Of a DNA stretch of 35,499 bases, positions 22,218 through 33,683 are shown one piece after another (the first letter of the stretch is position 1; the number at the start of each line of letters is the position of its first letter). A program made the position numbers and the translations under genes. Origin of the DNA: Octopus bimaculoides (taxonomy: Eukaryota). Where the stretch lies: the NCBI RefSeq assembly GCF_001194135.2, contig NC_068986.1:27431202-27466700 (forward strand). Reading direction: 5' to 3'. The notes beneath the pieces were generated by a model, which was not told where the DNA came from, did no database searches, and was given only the letters and a program-made list of their open reading frames with translations.

Positions 22218-22511
22218 GACTGGTGTATCTCTAGGCACACCACTTAATTCAATACTTTAACATGCCTTCTAATGAGAACTATTCATGCCTAATTAATTAT
22301 TACAGTCTCTGCTTAAAGTGTTTGTTCTAGTAATATTAATTTCACAGATTTTCACTTATAACTACTCAGAATAAATAACTTTTAAAAAACTTCATCACAT
22401 TCTCATAATCATTACAATTATTGTCATCATTAATTCTCTTGTGAATTCATATCCGAAACCTAAACTCTGTATTTAAGTCAAAAGTAATCTCTCAGGTTAC
22501 TCTTTTACTGT

Positions 22512-22735
22512 TCATCATCGTTAAACGTCTGTTTTCAATGTTAGCATTGGTTTGATGGTTTGATAAAATCTACCAAGTGCGCTGCAGGGATGTGTTGAAC
22601 TCCAATGTCAGTGTCAGCTCTTGGTTTCTATGGATGGATGCTCTTCCTATGCCAACCACTTTGCAGTGTGTACTGGGTGCCTTTTCCATGCCACCAGCAC
22701 TAGTGAGGTCATCATGTAACTTGCAAGACAAGAAA
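22512..22735 (-). mobile_element. Family-C SINE-like repeat
   Basis: TCATCATCGTTAAACGTC..GGATGCTCTTCCTATGCCAACCAC..ATGCCACCAGCAC is antisense to 3768-4092. Confidence 0.7.
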
Positions 22736-23848
22736 GAACAGGAAATGGGGAAAAAGTTTATATACACCATATCATATAGTACAATTCTACATGGTGTACC
22801 AGACAAGGAATATGTATGATGTACACTATTTTCCAAAGTTTTGTCCATACACAAGTATTTAACCCTAATTAAACTGCTGGGCTGATCTATCGCCTACCAT
22901 TTTAGTGCAAGAAAGAAGATAGTGTGTGTGTGTGTGTGTGTGTTCAAGAAAATCTTTTTTATTTTGATCATAGAGAGTCAGATATTAATCCTAAGAAATC
23001 AAATTTTCTTTGCATCATTAACTGAGACAACTTGCCTGGTCCTTTCTGTATTCCTTTAGTCGATTGCTATTTGCTGAACTGCTAAATTGGGAAACTTAAA
23101 TGGATACAACATATACCAGTGTTTAGACCAGTTAGATACAAACACAAGTGCATGCACTTAGACAGACATACTCTCTCTTCCCACTGCTCTCTCTCTCTCT
23201 CTCTCCTCCTTCTTGCCCCCTGTCCTCTCCCCTTCTCTCTTCAGTTATTTTATTGTGGCCATCCTCCGAAATAGAAATATCTGAGTATTAGATAAAAAAA
23301 TATATTTTCAGTATGTATTTATCTCATAATGTCAACACTTCAGATTTATCCAGGTTTCATGAAAGAAATACCAGTTATCTGCTAGGGTCTGTTCATCAAC
23401 TATACACACTTCTACAAATTTGTGTTAATGTGCCACTGTTACAAATTACACTTTTCCATCTCACGAGGGCCTATCCATATATATCAAGTGTAGATGCACT
23501 GTCATTTTAAAATAGCTATTCACAACCACTTGACATTTTAAAATTATTGTTATGATTATTTTAATTCTTTAAAAAGGAATATAAACACAGTATTGATCAC
23601 TCTCGTATGGAAAAATAATGACTGTAAGCTCTCCGAACCCATTCATTCTATCATTGCAACCATTCTTCAGTAGCAACAATAAATATTTTAGTGAAATCTC
23701 ATATTAATAACAGTTTTGAGTTATTATTCCAGCTTAAAGTGTGCTGCTTAGCGCCAACAATATTTACCTAAGCGGGAGGAGGATATATATGATATGGTGG
23801 AGGTCTGTGGATGAGCAGTAGATGGGTGTGTATCAGGAGAAGAGAGAT

Positions 23849-23856
<8 letters not shown>

Positions 23857-23913
<57 letters not shown>

Positions 23914-23924
23914 TGTGTGTGTGT
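23857..23924. repeat. (TA)n(TG)n compound microsatellite
   Basis: Direct reading of the sequence. Confidence 0.95.
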
Positions 23925-24030
23925 GGTCACATTTGACTGTCAACTAAAGCAGTATGTCATTAGCTTGGTCAAGTAACAACAATCTTGCTGTAATTGATAT
24001 TTATCTCCCATCTCTGTGTCTGTCCATCAG

Positions 24031-24071
24031 GCCTGGTAAACGATGAGGAAATTAATGCTTTGCTCTACTAA
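24031..24071 (+). CDS. Candidate short terminal exon (phase 1)
   Basis: Acceptor TTATCTCCCATCTCTGTGTCTGTCCATCAG|, then (G)LVNDEEINALLY*. The peptide resembles the second half of an EF-hand loop plus exiting helix but is too short to be diagnostic. Confidence 0.2.
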
Positions 24072-24717
24072 AATACTCACCAGTCATTTAAAGGATAGTT
24101 TGATTTATAGGTAGCTCTTTACTGGAATGATGTTGATTATAGGCATTATTGTCATTCAAGGAAGAATGAAAACAAAATTGCCAGTGATGGTGATGATGAT
24201 GATGACGGCAATGGCTGTGCTGGTGGTGTTGCTGGTGTAAAAATCGATCCATCTCAATTAAAGCGTGTTTTATTGAAAGCTTTCATTTCATTGTGTTTTC
24301 ATATAGTGGCCATATGTGAATTGTGTGTAGAAAAGGATATGTTTCTATAGGGAAAAAAAAACAACAGTGACAATACTTTACAATATGATACATTTTAGAA
24401 TACAATCCAATGTCTGTTCTTTTTTGTTTTGAAGGACAAACCAGATACTTAAATTCTATAGCCTACTCTCCTGTGTTGCCTTTCTTTCTAAGAACGTTTT
24501 TGTCTTTCTTTTGTTCAAATTCCGTATCACCAAAGCAATGTAATTAAACACTACAAATGGTAAACAATGAACAAATTTAATGAAAACGTTTATTTCTTGT
24601 AATTTTTGGAAGGGTTTGTTTTTGTTTTTCTTCTTAACCAGGTTAGACACTGGATAATTTCATGACTCATTTCTGTTGTTTTTGACATCTTCTCCTTCTA
24701 AGATCAGACTTTTTGTG

Positions 24718-24970
24718 TCATCACCACCACCACTACCATCATGATGTCCACTTTTTCATGTTTGCATGGGTCAGTTGGATTTTATTGAGGCAGATTTCCA
24801 TGACTGGATGCACTTCCTGTTCCCAACCTTTACTCATTTTCTAGCACCATAATATTTTATCCCTTGACTAGACATATTTTCAGGAAAGATTGGAAACAAA
24901 TGACACCACTCATATGACAGTGACATTTGTTTACGCTATGTACAACTGTTACACCATGTCAAGATGAGGA
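24718..24970 (-). mobile_element. Family-D SINE-like repeat
   Basis: GATGTCCACTTTTTCATGTTTGCATGGGTCAG..TTGAGGCAGATTT..GGATGCACTTCCTG..CCAACC is antisense to 28190-28437. Confidence 0.7.
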
Positions 24971-25015
24971 GGAATGATCACATATATATGTGTACAGTGT
25001 GTGTGTGTGTATGTA

Positions 25016-25395
25016 TTCTTTTATTTGTTTTAGTCATTTAACTGTGGCCATGCTGGAGCACCACCTTGAAAGGTGTTTTAGTTGAACATATTGACCCCAG
25101 GACTTATTTCTTAAACCTAGTCCTTATTCTGTCGGTCTCTTTTACCAAACCACAAAGTTATGGGGACATAAGCACAGCAACACTGGTTGTCAAGCTGGGA
25201 TGGGGTGACAGACACAGCACAAAGACACACACACTCATAGATATACATAAACACACACACACACACAAATATACACATGATGGGCTTCTTTCAGTTTCTG
25301 TCTACCAAATCCTCTCACAAGGCTTTGGTCAGCCTGAGGCTATAGCAGAAGACACTTGCCCAAGGTGCCATGCAAGGAGACTGAACTCAGAACCA
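25016..25395 (-). mobile_element. Family-A SINE lacking about 40 nt of the 5' head
   Basis: TAGTCATTTAACTGTGGCCATGCTGGAGCACC..CAGTTTCTGTCTACCAAATCC..GACACTTGCCCAAGGTGCCATGC. Confidence 0.85.
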
Positions 25396-25580
25396 TCATT
25401 CATCATCGTTTGACGTCTACTTTCCATGCTGGCATAGGTTTGATGGTTTGACTGAAAACTGGTAAGCTAGAGAGGTGCACCAGGTTTCAATCTGATTTGA
25501 CAAGACTTCTATGGTTGGGAGCCCTTCCTAACACCAATCACTTCAAGAGTGTAGTGGGTGCTTTTACATGCCACCGGCAT
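25396..25580 (-). mobile_element. Family-C SINE-like repeat abutting the family-A copy
   Basis: CATCATCGTTTGACGTC..TTCCATGCTGGCAT..GCCCTTCCTAACACCAATCAC..ATGCCACCGGCA. Confidence 0.75.
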
Positions 25581-26447
25581 GTAATATAACCATGTTGTTA
25601 TATATATATAATATGATGGGTTTGTTCCATTTTCCATCTACCAAATCTCTTCACAAAGCAGACTTCTCAATCACATGGCCACGCCTGATTATGTATTACC
25701 AGAAAATACAACTCAACATACATACCTATGTTCCGTTTAAGTGAAACGGATAAGAAATATGGTCAAGTTCTTTTCATTCAGAAGTATACAAGTTTACTAC
25801 TTACTCTGCACCACTTTCATTTTGGCTGCGATGAAAAGATTTTATAATTAAAGAATATTAAGTGAAATGGTGACACTAACTGTCTGAAATCTGTTGAAAC
25901 ATCTCATCAGCCATGGCACTGTCGATGTAGTCTTTGTCTCATCATCTATACACCGTCTATTTCTCTCTATCTCTCTCCCTTGCATATATAATGTCAGTAC
26001 CTGCACTGGACTATGACCTGACCATATTGTATTACAATCACAAAACTAAGTCAGTTATGCAATGTATATCATTATAATATGACAGCTGCTTAAATACAAC
26101 AAGAAGTCTTTGGCAAACCAAACACAGAATCTGGTCTCAGTTACCAGTTAGAATCGGTTGATTTATATCATCATTAGTGCCATTTTGAAAAGTTTGAATC
26201 TTGCATCTTTTGCATAATTTATGTTATAAATTTTAACGAGAACAGAGGAAGTGATTTAAGTAGCTATGGTTTAAATAGTATCTGGTAACTGTCAAGCTTT
26301 AGAAATTTATTGTAATGGTGACCTAACTGGTTTTATAAGGGGAAATTTAAAAGATGGAACCTAGAGGTGTTGTTCAGAGGAGGAAAAAATGAGAGTGAGT
26401 GACATAGTGAGGAAAAGAATTTGGTGGTGCATCATATGGTATTAGTA

Positions 26448-26778
26448 TGTGAAGATGTGTGGCTTAGTGGTCAGGGTGTTTGGCTCACAATTGTAAGATC
26501 ATGAGTTCAGTTCCTGGCAATGTGTTCTGTCCCTGAGCAAGACACTGTATTTCACATTGCTTCAGTCCACTCAGCTGGCAAAAAGGAGTGGTACCTGTAT
26601 TCCAAAGGGTACCAACCTTGTCACACTCTGTGTCATGCTGAATCTCCCTGAGAACTAACTATGTTAAGGGTACACGTGTCTGTGGAGTGCTCAGCCACTT
26701 GCACGTTGATTTCATGAGCAGGCTGTTCTGTTGATTGGATCAACTGGAACCCTCATTGTCATAACCAATGGAGTGCCA
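26448..26778 (+). mobile_element. Family-F tRNA-derived SINE (CORE/V-like block), sharing its 3' tail with family G
   Basis: A-box TGGCTTAGTGG, B-box-like GAGTTCAGTTCC, block TGTCCCTGAGCAAGACACT and 3' tail ..GGAACCCTCATTGTCATAACCAATGGAGTGCCA. Confidence 0.8.
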
Positions 26779-27759
26779 GTTATCGTATTAGAAGGCTCAA
26801 TGCAAAAAGAAGTTATAGTTGATGATGATGTGTGGGGCTGGGGAGAGTGGTGGTGATCAGTTTTAGCCCAGTCTGGGACCTTGGGTTTGGAGGATGGTTG
26901 TGCGTGTGATTTGCCTATCAACTAACAGGGTTTTTTTTGTTTCTTGGATTCACTCTCACATGGTCTAATATGCATACCATCCCATATCATCATGAAATCC
27001 TACAAAAATAAATATATTTTTAAAACCACAATACTCTTATCAATAGTACTTAAACCTAGAGTGGAGGTTATCAAACAGACTTGTACAGTTGGTATAACTG
27101 AGAATTGGATATAAGATATAGTTTAGTTTTGTTTTTACGACTCACATTGTTTAATTAGACTATCCCTGCCTCCAACCACCAAATGTGCATGGAATCTGCC
27201 TAAATATCTTTTGTCATTAGTTTCTGTAATATTGTATGTTTTTACAGAGGTTGGGTTGTTGACCCAGTGACCAACTAACTTTTCTTTCTTTCTTTCTTTC
27301 TAAGTTGGGTACTTTTTTTTTTATCTCTTATTTAAAGAGTGCACTGTTGTCAGTTTTACGGTACTGTCATAGCACTCAGAGTGGCATCTTCTTCGAGCTA
27401 AGTGGGGTTCAGCGGTCAAGAGCAGTGCATTCTGGTCTCAGATATGAAGTATTAGTGACAAATAACTAACTTCGTCACTGGTTTGCTTGCTTCCCTATTG
27501 ACTCACTGCACAAAGAGTTATAAACAAATCAATAATATTACAATGCTTTGATCCTTTGAAAATGAAGCTGGTTGATATTTCAACTCCGAAGAAGATAGAA
27601 CTACCTTTATGAGATACAAAATAATAAGGGTATTACTTAAAATTGTGTAACAAAAATATCTGAATCTCAATAAACTGTAAAGTTCATATATTAATAGGCA
27701 GGCCTACTTAACCTGGCTCAATTAAAGCAATTATTGTATTCATTTTATTTATTATTTAA

Positions 27760-28180
27760 AGGCATGGCTGTGTGGTAAGACGCTTGCTTCCCAACCACAT
27801 GGTTGGCCAAGTGTCTTCTACCATAGCCTCAGGCTGACCAAAGGCTTGTGAGTGGATTTGGTAGACGGAAACTGAAAGAAACCCATTGTAAACATATATA
27901 TATATATATATCATCATCATCATCATCATGCGTGTGTGTGTGCGTATTTGTCCCCCCCTCCACCACTTGACAGCTGGTGTTGGTGTGTTTATGTCCCTGT
28001 AACTTAGCAGTTTGGCAATGAGCTTGATAAAATAAGTACCAGGCTTAAGCAAAAGTATTTCAAAAAAATGTATAGGGATCAATTCATTTGACTAAGAATT
28101 CTTCAAGCTGGTGTCCTAGCATGGCTGCAGTCTAATGACTGAAACATGTAAGAGATAAGAGACATGTAAGAGATAAGAGA
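27760..28180 (+). mobile_element. Family-A-related SINE with an internal deletion and tandem 18-nt tail duplication
   Basis: GGCATGGCTGTGTGGTAAG..GTGGATTTGGTAGACGGAAACTGAAAGAA..GACTGAAA, then CATGTAAGAGATAAGAGA twice. Confidence 0.85.
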
Positions 28181-28189
28181 CATGTGTTT

Positions 28190-28437
28190 ATGGGGGTGTG
28201 CTATTATCTCCTTTCCTTGACATCATTTGTAAATGAGTTGTCACTATCATACAAGCAGTGTTCTTTGTTTCTGATCTTTTTCTGAAAAGCTGGGGAAATA
28301 TTGCCCTACATGGAAATGAGTAAGGGTTGGCTACAGGAAGGACATCTACATGTGGAAAATAATCCACCTCAACAAATTCTGTCTGACCCATGCAAGCATG
28401 GCAAAGTGGACATTAAAATGATGATGATTACGATGAT
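28190..28437 (+). mobile_element. Family-D SINE-like repeat
   Basis: GGGTTGGCTACAGGAAGGACATC..CCTCAACAAATTCTGTCTGACCCATGCAAGCATGGCAAAGTGGACATTAAAATGATGATGAT. Confidence 0.75.
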
Positions 28438-28450
28438 AGATATGATATAT

Positions 28451-28835
28451 TGTTGTTGGCACTCCGTCACCTACGACATCGAAGGTTCCAGTTGATCCGA
28501 TCAACGGAACAGCCTGCTCATGAAATTAACGTGCAAGTGGCTGAGCACTCCACAGACACGTGTACCCTTAACGTAGTTCTCGGGGATATTCAGCGTGACG
28601 CAGTGTGACAAGGCTGACCCTTTGAATTAAAGCACAACAGAAACAGGAAGTAAGAGTGAGAGAAAGTTGTAGTGGAAGAGTACAGCAGGGTTCGCCACCA
28701 TCCCCTGCTGGAGCCTCGTGGAGCTTTAAGTGTTTTCGCTCAATAAACACTCACAATGCCCGGTCTGGGAATCGAAACTGCGATCCTATGACCGCGTGTC
28801 CGCTGCCCTAACCACTGGGCCATTGCGCCTCCACA
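28451..28835 (-). mobile_element. Family-G tRNA-derived SINE, full length and apparently young
   Basis: Minus-strand 5' end TGTGGAGGCGCAATGGCCCAGTGGTTAGGGCAGCGG..GTTTCGATTCCC carries A and B boxes; CpGs are retained; (AAC)n tail. Exact 45-nt block shared with family F (28528-28572 versus 26663-26707). Confidence 0.9.
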
Positions 28836-29625
28836 TATGATATATAAATTCAATAGAAAGAAGCGACACACATCAAAATGAATTTGTTGTTTGACATTCA
28901 TTTCCCAGAAGATATCCATTTCACTTCATATATTCTGGAATTTTTTTTCCTCTTGGAAAGGCATGAATGCTACAACATCCTATACCTCCTCCACTATATT
29001 ATGTCTGAGTAGTTATGGCTGTTTTAGGAAATCAATATAATTCAATATAGCTCATCTTGGCTACGCCTGACTTCAAATGCTTCTCAGCCTTTCCCCCCCA
29101 AAACTGCTCCGACATCACTTACTGACTATATAACCCAGTCTTAAGTATATAAAATAAATATATATATAAAGACAAATGAAGAGAAAGGAGTGAAAAAAAT
29201 ACACACACACACATACACATGTGTATGCATTTTTTTTTTTTTTTAAATATTAACAATAATCTTCTTAACTGTTGGCTGGATTAACTGATAAAGAATGTTT
29301 AATCTTTTTTTCCTTCTCTTTCTCTCTTTATATCAAGACATTATGGATGAATGGTGTGCGTGTGTATGTATATGTATGTGTGCATGCATGTATGTGTGTG
29401 TGTGTGTGTGTAAAAGATATAAACTTGAAATTTTTTTTTTCCTTTTTTATATTTTATTTTATTTTATTTATTTATTTTTTTACTTTTATAGTCTGCTAAA
29501 AGACTGTCATTCTATTGCTAGATCATACATTAATGAAATGTTTTAAGCTGAACACCCTTTGATTATTGTAGTCAATAAATTCCAGATCCTGCTTCCTACA
29601 TTCGTAGAAAGAAAAACATATAGCT

Positions 29626-29656
<31 letters not shown>

Positions 29657-30599
29657 TTCTAACTGCTATTTTTTTTTATATATTTCTTAAAAATCACATA
29701 TTTTATTGACATTAACTCCTCCTACTTAAAACAGAATCACATTTAAAATGAAATATAAAGCCGAGAAGAATCAAACAATTTCTTACAAGCTGTTTTCTTT
29801 CTTTCCGTCCTTCTTTCTTTCTTTCTTTTCTTATATTTTTCTAATTTTTTTAATATATTTTTAAATTCAATTTTTATATTCTTATCTCCAATCTTTAAAT
29901 CTCTGGTTAGGCATTAGGCAAACGCGCCGTGTACATTTTCTTCCAAATATAGTTTCCTNNNNNNNNNNNNNNNNNNNNNNNNNNNNNNNNNNNNNNNNNN
30001 NNNNNNNNNNNNNNNNNNNNNNNNNNNNNNNNNNNNNNNNNNNNNNNNNNNNNNNNNNNNNNNNNNNNAACTCAATAATAGAGATTTAAGCAATAAAAGA
30101 AAAAGTATACCTACTAATGGCGGAAGACCACCTAGGGTAATTCTGGGGAAACCCTATGCAAAGGCCCAGATTACTCTACCTTATCCTAAGTCTCAAAAAG
30201 TACCCCCACCCAATTTCTTTGAAATGTACTCTCGGGATAGGCCCATTCAGTCTTACCAGTCTTGTAACTCTCACCTAGCTTTTGTTAAATACACTGGAAA
30301 ATTACATCTCCCTCTCAATCTGCATATGTCTTTCCAATAATATTTGTAAAACTTAACAATTTTATGGTGCTGTTACTACTAGTAATGCCATTTGTAGTAC
30401 CAGCTTCTTGTAGCTTTACTGTTAAGTGTTATGAGTTAAGTCCCTTAGCTACAGAGACCAATTTGTGTGGCTATAATGAGATATGGCTCACTGGCCTCTC
30501 TTAAATAATTGTCAGTAACTCTGTATTTTCATTTAAGTAAGTATTTTAATTTTTCTTATATTAGATAAACCAAATCTGAAGAGGGACAGGTCTCATGAC

Positions 30600-30790
30600 T
30601 CTGATATTGATGTGGTTGATGTTTAACTTGAACATTTGTAAGTTAAAGTTTGCAAGAAAAGTGTAGGTAGAGAATGAATTCCAGAGGGTTACAGTCCTGG
30701 AGTGGAAGGACTGATCAAGATATTTCATGTAGGGTGTCAGAGGTGAGACACTGTGATAGTGGGCAAGAAATGGATGGACGGATGGTTGGT
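30600..30790 (-). mobile_element. CR1/L2/Jockey-group LINE, decayed ORF2 C-terminal fragment
   Basis: Stop-free minus-strand translation HPFLAHYHSVSPLTPYMKYLDQSFHSRTVTLWNSFSTYTFLANFNLQMFKLNINHI matches the C-terminal motif SFFPRTxxLWNxLP...NLxxFKxxxN of this LINE group. Confidence 0.7.
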
Positions 30791-31003
30791 TAAGTGGTTC
30801 TGAGTGGAGAGAGTATTAAGATAGACTGACTTAAGTATAGGAATAACTTTACTTCATTGTCATGTAGGTAAAATGAATAATAAGGGCAGTGCACTATGTA
30901 AGAAATGTATTTAAAAAGAAAAGAAATAAAATGAGAAAAACCTGTTCCATAATGAAAATATTCTAATGTTACCAAATTATCCCCCAAAATACTATGAAGC
31001 TCA

Positions 31004-31315
31004 GAAATGAGTAATAAGATAAAATGAAATTACAGTAATGAGTAATAAGATAAAATGAAATTACAGTAATGAGTAATGAGTAATAAGATANNNNNNNNNN
31101 AAAATGAAATTACAGTAATGAGTAATGAGTAATAAGATAAAATGAAATTACAGTAATGAGTAATGAGAAATGAGTAATAAGATAACATAAAATTACAGTA
31201 ATGAGTAATAAGATAAAATGAAATTACAGTAATGAGTAATGAGTAATAAGATAAAATGAAATTACAGTAATGAGTAATGAGAAATGAGTAATAAGATAAA
31301 ATGAAATTACAGTAA
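31004..31315. repeat. Minisatellite, 31-bp unit AATGAGTAATAAGATAAAATGAAATTACAGT with 38- and 45-bp variants
   Basis: Eight visible AAATTACAGT anchors. Variants add one or two 7-nt AATGAG(T/A) modules. A 10-N gap lies inside, so the true length is unknown. Confidence 0.95.
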
Positions 31316-32114
31316 CTTCCCATGGTTCTTTTGAAAACTATAAGATTGTTGGAAGTTCATAGAGAACCATGGAATAGCACAAGTTCATTTCAAATTGTAT
31401 TTTTTCTCAAGTGTTTGATTCTTGAGGTGGTATAAAGTCCACATTGGCAGTACTGAAGCTGTACTCTTAGGGAGAACATCTTTGAAAACTATATTCTTTG
31501 TTATGATATACACTTGTCATTTGTACTTTGAGTGTTGTTGTCTTATTTTTTTTTTTTATCTTTGTGCCAAAAAGTGAATGTGCTTCAGAAAAGAACTACA
31601 TACAATTGTCTGTGTGAAAATATTGGTTCATTTCTCTTCACCTTTCTATTGTGACTACGTTATTAAAATTATTGAAAAATGTGTTGAAAGAATAATGTGT
31701 ATATCAAACACTTGAAAATGATCTTGAGTGTAGAATGAAATCAAAGACACATTGTAGCTATATTTTTTATTCTGTTATGATATAACTATATTGTTAATGC
31801 TGTATGAATTCTTAATATGTTGTTCTACAACTTTATTTTCATATCTGATTTGAACCCCTCAGTCTCAGTGAATGAAGCATAGTAACTTCTCTACTGAGCT
31901 ATGGTTTTGTGTATGTTTCTTACTCATGTTGAAATGTTGAGTCAGTAATACATTGTTTTCAACTTCATTCAGTAATTGGACATTACATATGTAGATGGTA
32001 ACAGAATAATACTATAGATGAAATTAAGCTTAAAATGATGATGCTGATGATGATAATAATAATAATAATCATAATACAAAGAAGAATGATTAGAGTCAGA
32101 GTAATTATTATAAT

Positions 32115-32250
32115 ATGCCTTGTCCTGCCAGGGTTAACTTTACCTTTGATTATTCTGTTGTGGTTGTCAATAAAATAAATAACCAGTCAAGTACTGAAAT
32201 CAATAGTAATTTGTGTTGTGGCTTTGTGCCTCTGTTAGAATCATTATCAA
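32115..32250 (+). mobile_element. Family-B SINE, highly decayed
   Basis: CCAGGGTTAACTTTACCTTTGATT..AATAAAATAAATAACCAGTCAAGTACTG..GGCTTTGTGCCTCTGTTAGAATCATTATC. Confidence 0.5.
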
Positions 32251-32378
32251 AATGTGTTTGCAATGATTGTGATTAATTAACATTGGAGATCCCAAATAGT
32301 TTACGACAAACATCTACCCTGACTTAGCTGATCTCTGAAAATTGGTTCCAAGATGAGAAGGCAAGAACTTCTTCTTCT

Positions 32379-32415
<37 letters not shown>

Positions 32416-32579
32416 CTTCCAATCCTACTGCACCTCCCGTATAAAAATGAACAATCAGACAAACACAACAACTTTGAATATTTATCTCACTATTGAACCA
32501 ACTAAATCTCTCTTCAACAACACTGCATGATTGTCTAGTTGTAGTTACATAAGAAGTATAAAGAACAAACCAATAAATT

Positions 32580-32688
32580 CTCCATTCTCACTCTCTCTCC
32601 CTCTCACATGCATACACTTTGTCTTTGTCCCTTTCATTTTCTGTTCACCCCCCCCCTCTTCCAATCTGTCATTTTCTGTCTTTGCCTG

Positions 32689-32731
<43 letters not shown>

Positions 32732-32962
32732 CTTTTTGTCTTTGTACATATCTCTCTCTTTCTCCCCCTCTTTTCTTTCTCCCTCTCTCTGTCTGTTTTT
32801 GTCCTTTTTTTCGTCTTTGTACATCTCTTTCTCTCATTCTTTTCTGTCTCCTTCTCTCTTTTTCTCTTCATCTTGTTCTTCCATTCTAACTTTATCCTGC
32901 TCTCTGTCTGTCTTTGACACTCTCTGTCTGTCTTTGACACTCTCTGTCTGTCTCTGTCTGTC

Positions 32963-32999
<37 letters not shown>

Positions 33000-33085
33000 T
33001 CTTTCCTGACTTTGTCCTTCTCGCTCTCTCTCTTTCTACCTATCTATCTCACTCACTCACTCTCTTTTATCTTTTCTCTACCTTA
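32580..33085. repeat. CT-rich low-complexity region with (CT)n, (TA)n, (CTGT)n and a 22-nt direct duplication
   Basis: Direct reading; it includes CTCTGTCTGTCTTTGACACTCT repeated in tandem. Source of the spurious ORFs at 32531-33086. Confidence 0.9.
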
Positions 33086-33438
33086 GTCTGTACGAAATAA
33101 AGAAATCAGCCAAGAAACAAAGTAATATCAAATTTAAGAGCTGCAGTGGAAATAAAACTTTCATTGCTGCTTATGTCTTCTTTTTACCATTATTAGTCCT
33201 GTAGAGCTTCTCTCTTCCTGCTGCTAACCTTTATTTCTGCATTTAATTATTCACCTATTCTTGCTGATCACATTTTACTTCCAATAGTTTTTCACTGTTT
33301 ACTGTGGCTCCTTACTCCTGCTGATTACTGAGCAATACTTACAATAGGCATCCTTGCTGCCGTTACTGATGATGATGATGATGATGATGTTATTTGACTT
33401 ACTAGTCTTGGTTCAGTTGCCCATAAATACATTGATAT

Positions 33439-33482
<44 letters not shown>

Positions 33483-33622
33483 ATCATCGTTTAGCATCCA
33501 CCTTCATGCTGTATGTATGCATACACACATACACACACACACATACCCACATATACACATACATACATGTATGTGTGTATGTTTATATGTCAGCATTATA
33601 CACATGCATAGATATTCAAGAC

Positions 33623-33662
<40 letters not shown>

Positions 33663-33683
33663 TGTCTCTCTCGCTCTTTTCAG

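Noticed and set aside
26138-26291. 10-bp inverted repeat CAGTTACCAG / CTGGTAACTG enclosing about 135 bp (possible hAT MITE)
   Set aside because: No 8-bp or TA target-site duplication and no second copy in the window; compatible with chance.
28755-28835. tRNA-like sequence on the minus strand (also the heads at 4565, 5797 and 26448)
   Set aside because: A and B boxes are present but there is no complete cloverleaf or acceptor stem, and the sequence continues into SINE bodies; these are SINE heads, not tRNA genes.
31004-31315. Regularly spaced approximately 31-bp repeats resembling a CRISPR array
   Set aside because: No unique spacers (units are contiguous), no cas genes, and the context is eukaryotic; it is a minisatellite.
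33340-33400. Minus-strand donor ATGCCTATT|GTAAGT (possible MPI start exon); another GTAAGT at about 29125
   Set aside because: Isolated 6-mers are expected by chance in 35 kb; no promoter or upstream acceptor evidence.
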